Positions 1 through 5,011 of a stretch of 24,213 nt of DNA are shown here, piece after piece. The translations under genes and the position numbers were made by a program. The notes below the pieces were generated by a model that was not told where the DNA came from, did no database searches, and was given only the letters and a program-made list of their open reading frames with translations. How positions within the stretch are numbered: the first letter of the stretch is position 1; the number at the start of each line of letters is the position of its first letter. Source of the stretch: a virus. Lineage: Duplodnaviria; Caudoviricetes. The stretch lies in the IMG/VR virus record IMGVR_UViG_3300037420_000514, positions 1-24,213 of that record; one strand, 5' to 3'.

Positions 1-35
1 AACGAAATTAGAAATGAGTTAACGGTCACACGTAC

Positions 36-317
36 ACCTATTTTTACACCGTTCCTGCCCAACATAGCCAACTTGTCAGCCCACTGCTGGGGTTAAACAG
101 CACTGAGGCGGCTATGGTCACTTTTCCGTAGGCAGCTGACCGCAAGCTGTTAAGGAACGGATCGCGGCGGCCACTCCCTTGCCGAAACTCAAAAGGGAGA
201 TATCTACATAGAGGGCAGCTGTCGCGAACCGGTGGTGCGAGGAGTGGATAGCTGCCTTCTTATAGGTATAACCTTTAAACGTACCATGCCCCACTGGGGC
301 GGTCAATGGAAATAGGT
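36..317 (+). ncRNA. Candidate large structured non-coding RNA, family not recognised
   Basis: Nested helices found by eye: closing 11-bp stem 36-46/307-317; 49-56/153-160; 63-69/110-116; 76-79/103-106; 85-89/98-102; 131-137/145-151; 174-180/193-199; 201-206/263-268 plus a 14-bp stem 210-223/247-260; 288-292/296-300. TGACCGC (137-143) is complementary to GCGGTCA (299-305), a possible pseudoknot. Several pairs are G-U on the + strand, which supports that orientation. No credible ORF. Confidence 0.55.
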
Positions 318-549
318 TCCAGCCGCCAAGACGGTTTATGCAGGAATTTTGGGAAATGGATGCGAACACCGGCCACAAAAAGGCTGATTTACCGCCAATG
401 TATAGAAAAATTCATAATCGTATTTTTTGATAACCGCGAAAACGTTGATTTGGCGGGCTTTTGGCGTGGGTAAAAAGTGCGTAAAAACTTTATTTTACGT
501 AATTATATGGAATTTTTATGCAAAAAAGCTGCATATTGCCGTTTGAAAA

Positions 550-619
550 GCAGGGAAACTTACACCTCACATTATGCAAGGCTGACAGCGGGCTTTCCGA
601 CCCGCTCCCTTGCCCCTGC
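550..619 (+). other. Nested stem-loop element upstream of the first gene (leader or sRNA candidate)
   Basis: GCAGGG 550-555/CCCTGC 614-619, GCAAGG 576-581/CCTTGC 608-613, AGCGGG 587-592/CCCGCT 601-606, with a 20-nt unpaired bulge (556-575). Flanked by TTTGAAA at 542-548 and 621-627. Confidence 0.4.
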
Positions 620-647
620 CTTTGAAATGGTGATAGGAGGATGCTGG

Positions 648-812
648 ATGGATAAACAAAAGGTTCTGCTCAAGATGGATTTACGCATGGCCTGGCTGGA
701 GGAAATGGCAGCACGCGATTACGACGGCGGCTTGCACAATTGGATAGCCATGTACCGCGAGATCAAATATTGGAAGGAAGCAATCGAAAGGGGGGAGTTC
801 GATGGCAAGTAA
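648..812 (+). CDS. Hypothetical protein, 54 aa (MDKQKVLL...)
   Basis: In-frame ATG of track ORF 477..812, with RBS AGGAGG at 635-640. Its end overlaps the start of the next gene. Confidence 0.7.
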   Translation: MDKQKVLLKMDLRMAWLEEMAARDYDGGLHNWIAMYREIKYWKEAIERGEFDGK

Positions 813-1059
813 GTATAGGAAAAAACCCGTAGTAATTGAAGCACTCCAATGGACCGGCGACAATTGGCTGGAAATGGATGCGTTCCTGACGGCCCATCAT
901 TCGACGTTCCCAAAGGACGGCTTCCTTATCATCCACACATTGGAAGGTCCCATGAGGGCGGATAATGGCGACTACATCATTAAGGGCATCCAGGGTGAGT
1001 TCTACCCTTGCAAGCCGACCATATTCGAATCGACATACGATAAGGTGGCGGAAGAATGA
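802..1059 (+). CDS. Conserved small phage protein (KYRKKPVVIEA...TLEG...GDYIIKG..GEFYPCKP family); possible Acb4-like nucleotide sponge
   Basis: The motif set is recognisable as a widespread phage family. G-rich RBS upstream; ATGA coupling to the next gene. The sponge assignment is from recollection only. Confidence 0.8.
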   Translation: MASKYRKKPVVIEALQWTGDNWLEMDAFLTAHHSTFPKDGFLIIHTLEGPMRADNGDYIIKGIQGEFYPCKPTIFESTYDKVAEE

Positions 1060-1298
1060 ATAAGCTGGTGGAGATTGACGGAGAACTGACCGCCATAATC
1101 GACGGCGTGGAATATCAAATAGGAGACGACGTTTCCTATATGGACCTTCATTGGTCCAGCGACTGGAACGGCGACGAGGTGGGTTACGATGATATCCCTG
1201 TTGTCGGCCTCTATTCCTTTAAAGGAACCGAAATCTACATATACCTCAACACGGAGGACGGAACCATCCTGGACATGTGGGAGGATGAGGACGAATGA
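1056..1298 (+). CDS. Acidic hypothetical protein
   Basis: 80-aa ORF with ATGA overlaps at both ends; strongly D/E-rich. Confidence 0.75.
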   Translation: MNKLVEIDGELTAIIDGVEYQIGDDVSYMDLHWSSDWNGDEVGYDDIPVVGLYSFKGTEIYIYLNTEDGTILDMWEDEDE

Positions 1299-1777
1299 AG
1301 TATACCTTCCATTTAGATGCGCCGAGGAAAAACTGGGCTAAACCGATTCAGTACGCCATCAACGAAAAAGGCTGCTGGCATTGTGTCAGCCATACGGGAA
1401 TCCAAAGCGGGTATGTCCAGGTAAGGATAGAAGGAAAACTGGAACTCCTGCACCGCCTTTCTTACGAGCAGCACAAAGGCCCCATACCGAAAGGAATGGA
1501 AATCTTGCACTCCTGCGACAATCCAAAGTGTTTCAACCCGGAACACCTGGAATATGGCACAAAGCAGGAAAATCTGAAGGACCGCGACCTAAAAGGGCGG
1601 CAAGCCAAAGGAGAGCAGAATGGACGCGCCAAGCTAAAGACGCATGAAGTCAGGCAAATAAGGAAAGATCGGCGTTCCAACAGAATGATAGCGCTGGAGT
1701 ACGGCGTGACTGCTCTAACTATTAGAAGGGTGAAATCTCTAAAGACGTGGGTCCACCTAAAGGAGGAAGCGGAATGA
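1295..1777 (+). CDS. Free-standing HNH endonuclease (HNH_3 type) with C-terminal HTH-like DNA-binding segment
   Basis: GCW...GY...HRLSY...GPIP...ILHSCDNPKCFNPEHL..GT..EN, followed by GEQNGRAKL and a helix-turn-helix-like tail. Confidence 0.9.
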   Translation: MKYTFHLDAPRKNWAKPIQYAINEKGCWHCVSHTGIQSGYVQVRIEGKLELLHRLSYEQHKGPIPKGMEILHSCDNPKCFNPEHLEYGTKQENLKDRDLKGRQAKGEQNGRAKLKTHEVRQIRKDRRSNRMIALEYGVTALTIRRVKSLKTWVHLKEEAE

Positions 1778-1992
1778 CCTTCCAAGCGGCGTATTCCTAT
1801 ATAAAGAGAGGCCATGACATCAAGCTGCCGGAATGGGGCGGGTTTTGGACCTGGAACAAGGAACAGGGCACCATCATGATACATACACGGCACGGCGAAG
1901 TGCTGGACATTCGCGAGACAAAGGACCTCGACTATACCATCGGTTTCCTTTTTCGGAATGACTGGCAGCTCGTGGAAAGGAAGGAACTCTAA
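1774..1992 (+). CDS. DUF2829/Tad2-like small protein (72 aa)
   Basis: Start moved to ATG 1774 (RBS AAGGAGG, ATGA overlap with the HNH stop). Pattern MTFxxA...KxG...LPxW...DW. Confidence 0.6.
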   Translation: MTFQAAYSYIKRGHDIKLPEWGGFWTWNKEQGTIMIHTRHGEVLDIRETKDLDYTIGFLFRNDWQLVERKEL

Positions 1993-2180
1993 TGACCTTT
2001 CTTGATGCCGTGGAACACCTAAAAGAAAAAAACCGAGTGAAACGCGCCCACTGGACCGAGGACTACCTGGAACTGTTGGCCGGTTCGTTCCTTCACTATT
2101 CAAAAAAGGATGCTGCCGTGTGGGAAACCATGCTGGAGGACGTTCGTGCTGACGATTGGGAGGTAATACCATGGATGTAA
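1992..2180 (+). CDS. DUF2829/Tad2-like small protein (62 aa)
   Basis: MTFLDAVEHLKEKNRVKRAHW...W....EDVRADDWEVI fits the family pattern M-x-F-x-x-A...V-x-R-x-x-W...D-x-x-A-x-D-W. TAATG coupling to the upstream gene. Confidence 0.7.
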   Translation: MTFLDAVEHLKEKNRVKRAHWTEDYLELLAGSFLHYSKKDAAVWETMLEDVRADDWEVIPWM

Positions 2181-2509
2181 CCCTGTACCCCATCTACCAA
2201 AAAGCCCGTGACCTGTTTGAGAGGACCCAGGAACAGCAGATCGTCAAGGGGCTTCATAAATACGAAGGGCCGTTGAATCCGGCCGAGTGGACGGCCATGG
2301 AACTGATTGACCATGCGATGCAGGAATTGGTCGATGGTGTCCATTACTTGACCGCTTTAAAGGAAAAGGCGGCGACCCTGGAAACCGATAAACAGCTGTT
2401 TGAGGCAAAGCTCATTATCAGCGAGTGGAAAGCGGAGAAATTGCGGCTGGAAAACGAACAGCTAAAAGAGGAAAACAAGCGGATGATACAGCGGTACAAC
2501 GTCCTGTAA
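2171..2509 (+). CDS. MazG-like/all-alpha nucleotide pyrophosphohydrolase-like protein with coiled-coil tail
   Basis: Start at ATG 2171 after GGAGGT. Motif KGxxKY...L...HAMQELVDGVHYL, then a heptad-rich C-terminus. Confidence 0.55.
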   Translation: MDVTLYPIYQKARDLFERTQEQQIVKGLHKYEGPLNPAEWTAMELIDHAMQELVDGVHYLTALKEKAATLETDKQLFEAKLIISEWKAEKLRLENEQLKEENKRMIQRYNVL

Positions 2510-2513
2510 ACGG

Positions 2514-2539
2514 AAAAAACCGCCTGTTTCCGCAGACGG
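2514..2539 (-). terminator. Intrinsic terminator on the minus strand
   Basis: Minus strand reads CCGTCTG-CGGAAA-CAGGCGG-TTTTTT. One pair is G-U only on the minus strand (C-A mismatch on plus). Confidence 0.65.
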
Positions 2540-2606
2540 CTTCCTTGGTATTTGTCTCGAATAGGTATTAAAACCAACTAGACACTGACCTAGACTAGAT
2601 AGAGTT
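2514..2606 (-). ncRNA. Candidate ~93-nt small RNA
   Basis: Lies between a minus-strand sigmaA-like promoter (2613-2641) and the terminator at 2514-2539. No RBS-plus-ORF seen. The 5' end is estimated. Confidence 0.4.
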
Positions 2607-2612
2607 ACTTCT

Positions 2613-2641
2613 ATTCTACTAGCGTGGGAATAGTCCGTAAA
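2613..2641 (-). promoter_or_regulatory. Putative sigmaA-type promoter TTTACG-N17-TAGAAT
   Basis: -35 at 2641-2636 (4/6 match), -10 at 2618-2613 (5/6 match), 17-nt spacer. Confidence 0.4.
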
Positions 2642-2670
2642 TAGATTGGCAGCAAGTGAGATAAAAAGAC

Positions 2671-2706
2671 AAAAAAAGAGAGAACGGGGTAGAATCGTTC
2701 TCTTTT
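2671..2706 (-). terminator. Intrinsic terminator, possibly bidirectional
   Basis: AGAGAACG/CGTTCTCT stem. U-tract of 7 on the minus strand (A-run 2671-2677) and a shorter T-run on the plus strand. Confidence 0.6.
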
Positions 2707-2734
2707 CAACAGGGATAGTTATTTACAAAGATTT
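2671..2734 (-). ncRNA. Candidate ~64-nt small RNA
   Basis: Lies between the minus-strand promoter at 2741-2769 and the terminator at 2671-2706. The 5' end is estimated. Confidence 0.4.
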
Positions 2735-2740
2735 ATAGAT

Positions 2741-2769
2741 AGTATAACCGTTATAAACAGTTCTGTCTA
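2741..2769 (-). promoter_or_regulatory. Putative sigmaA-type promoter TAGACA-N17-TATACT with overlapping palindrome
   Basis: -35 at 2769-2764 and -10 at 2746-2741 (both 5/6), 17-nt spacer. Perfect inverted repeat TATAAC-C-GTTATA at 2743-2755 overlaps the -10. Confidence 0.55.
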
Positions 2770-2796
2770 TGACAAAGTATGGAAAGGAGGGTCCGC

Positions 2797-4340
2797 ATGT
2801 CGCAGATCAACTTTAAATGGAAACAGCAAGCCCGCCAAATGACGTTTCTGCGTGCAGCGGGCCTTTCTTATGCCTTAGAGGGTGGTACTCCCCAGCCTGC
2901 CAAAGCCAAGGTTATTGCCTATGGCGGCGCCGCTGGGGGAGGTTAGGTAAGAGTGATGCTCTTATCATGGGTGCGATTATTGCGTGTCTCACGTATGAAG
3001 GGATTGCCGTGGGCTATTTCCGCCGCAAGTTCACGCAATTGGAGGGTGCCGGTGGTGCCATCATGCGTTCATCCATGTTATTAGGTCCCTTAGTCGAGAA
3101 AAAGCTGGTCAAATGGAACGGTTCACTGTACAGGTGGACCTTTTTTAATGGCAGCGTGATTCAATTCGCCCATTTAAACACCGAGGATGATGTACAAAAC
3201 TATCAATCTCAGCAATTTGACATCATCTGTTTTGATGAAGCGACCCACTTTAGCCGTTTTCAGTATCGTTACATGCTGTCCCGGAACCGTTCCAACACGA
3301 AAGCCATGCCGCGCCCTTTCATTATGATGGGGACCAACCCTGGCGGAATCGGCCATACGTGGTTCAAAGACGAGTTTGTGAGAATCGGAGAACCGGAACA
3401 GGTCCATATGGTAGAAGTGGAGCCTGGACGGTACGAGGAACACCTATTCATCCCTGCCAAACTGTCCGATAATGCGGCGCTGGAGGAACGGGACCCGGAA
3501 TATCGGAAGAACCTGGAGAACCAGCCCGAGCACATCCGGCGGCAGCTCCTGGAGGGTGACTGGGATGCGGTGGACGGCGTGGCCTTTCCGGAATGGCGGC
3601 AGGCCATCCATATTATTGACCCGTTTGAGATACCGGAGGAATGGGTGCGGTTCCGGTCTTTGGACTGGGGCTATGCGAAGCCGTATGCCTGCCATTGGTT
3701 TGCGGTGGATTATGACGGCCGTCTGTACTGCTACCGCGAACTGTACGGCTGGGGCGGCCAAGCGGACAAAGGCTCGAAAGAGGACCCGTCTGACGTGGCC
3801 CAAAAGATATGGGAAGCGGAACACTGGCAGGATGAAAACGGCAAATGGCACGGGGAGCATATCCATGATGCTGTGGCGGACGATGCAATTTTTGGCGGCC
3901 GTCAAGATAACAGCAAGGATATAGCGGAGCAATTTGCTGATGCCTTTATCGCGCTTGATAAAAAGCATGGCACCAAAAGCACGTTATGGCGGCGTGTGGG
4001 CAAAGGGCCGAAATCCCGGATTAGCGGACGCCTGGAGCTGCACCACCGCCTGAAATGGGAGAAGGACGAACGGGGAGAATGGACCGGAGAACGCCCGATG
4101 CTGGTATTTTTCAAGAATGCTAGGCACATTATCCGTACCCTGCCGGAACTTCTGAATGACGAGACAAACTGGGAAGATGTTGACACCGAGATGGAGGACC
4201 ACGCCTACGATAGTGTCAGATACGGATGTCAATCACGGCCTCTGACCACCAAAGCAAAACGACCGGAACCGTCTTTGATTAAGCGCCATAAGGACCGCTT
4301 ATCGAAAGAGCGGGTGTTTAAACGCGCCCGGATTATGTAA
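2797..4340 (+). CDS. terL: Terminase large subunit, reading frame interrupted in Walker A; probable join(2797..2943,2949..4340), 512 aa
   Basis: RBS AAGGAGG at 2784-2790 and ATG 2797 give MSQINFKW...VIAYGGAAGGG then TAG (2944-2946). The other frame continues KSDALI...; Walker B ICFDEA, GTNPGG, nuclease motifs SLDWGY and EDHAYDSVRY. The track N-terminus (2817-2945) is off-frame. Confidence 0.92.
2935..2966 (+). other. Candidate translational recoding site (matched GGT codons around a TAG stop, G-run, downstream hairpin)
   Basis: GGG GGA GGT TAG GT AAG, with a 9-bp hairpin GGTAAGAGT-GAT-GCTCTTATC at 2946-2966. Confidence 0.5.
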
Positions 4341-4365
4341 ATTTACACAAAAAGGAGAGATTTGC

Positions 4366-4734
4366 ATGAGTAAATTTGGTTTGTACCCGACAGATATGAA
4401 AATTTCCTGTTCGACGTTCCAATGTTACGGACGCGCGGCCTACTACCTGGGGAAAGATGATTCCCCGAACGGCACCACGACGATTATTTGCCAAGAATGC
4501 GCCGACAGCCTGATAGGAAACATCGTGCTGGAACATGCGAACCCGATACCGCAAGAATTGCCGTTCGAACCAACGAACGAAGAACTGGCAGAACCGGCAG
4601 ACATGCTGTTTGACCGCCCTGTATCTGACTGGACGATTGCCGAACTGAAAGAAAAGGCCGCTGAACTGGGATTAGAGGTCAAAAGCAAAATGAACAAAGC
4701 GGACCTCGTTCACCTGATTGAGGGAGCGGTATGA
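4366..4734 (+). CDS. Hypothetical protein with N-terminal Cys cluster and C-terminal Rho_N/HeH-like domain
   Basis: RBS AAGGAG; CSTFQC...CQEC; C-terminal WTIAELKEKAAELGL....MNKADLVHLI. Confidence 0.75.
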   Translation: MSKFGLYPTDMKISCSTFQCYGRAAYYLGKDDSPNGTTTIICQECADSLIGNIVLEHANPIPQELPFEPTNEELAEPADMLFDRPVSDWTIAELKEKAAELGLEVKSKMNKADLVHLIEGAV

Positions 4735-4997
4735 ATGAAATGATGCTTCTCGCCCAGCTTGCCATTAACGTTGCGGCCATCCTGTACCTGAACCGCATGG
4801 TGAGCGAATACCGCGAGGAAATCACAGAAATCCATGAGGCCTACCGCGAGGAACGAAAAGAGCTTCTCGACCGCATCATGGCCAACAACATTACCGAATT
4901 CAAGACCGCGCGTCAGGAAACGGACGTGAAACGATCTGGGAGCGGTAATTTTTTGCTTGACCGCATGACCAAACACGCGCCGCACGGCGATGAATAA
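4731..4997 (+). CDS. Hypothetical protein with hydrophobic N-terminus and charged helix
   Basis: ATGA coupling with the upstream gene; LLAQLAINVAAILYL followed by an E/R-rich helix. Confidence 0.7.
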   Translation: MNEMMLLAQLAINVAAILYLNRMVSEYREEITEIHEAYREERKELLDRIMANNITEFKTARQETDVKRSGSGNFLLDRMTKHAPHGDE

Positions 4998-5011
4998 AAG
5001 GGGGTGCTTGA

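Noticed and set aside
36-317. Retron msr-msd or hammerhead interpretation
   Set aside because: No reverse transcriptase in the window; G-U pairs would be mismatches in the msDNA; no CUGANGA core.
118-378. 86-aa minus-strand ORF
   Set aside because: No convincing RBS or protein motif; it overlaps the structured RNA candidate on the opposite strand.
559-568. CTTACACCTC can pair with terL GAGGT[TAG]GTAAG, looping out the stop codon (guide-RNA idea)
   Set aside because: Only 5+5 bp, which is plausible by chance, and removing 3 nt would not restore the frame.
477-647. N-terminal extension of ORF 477..812
   Set aside because: No RBS at the GTG; a strong RBS supports ATG 648.
2545-2606. Minus-strand GTTTTAATACC resembling the start of a type II CRISPR repeat; CTAGA short repeats
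   Set aside because: Single short match, no array, no anti-repeat and no cas genes. Left to the database check under the sRNA finding.
2710-2717. sRNA seed complementary to AGGGATA found near 7069, 15626 and 18646
   Set aside because: A 7-8-nt match is expected by chance at about this frequency in 24 kb.
2817-2945. Track N-terminus of terminase (METASPPND...)
   Set aside because: No suitably spaced RBS and an implausible Cys/Trp/Arg-rich sequence; the frame from 2797 has the RBS and the first half of Walker A.
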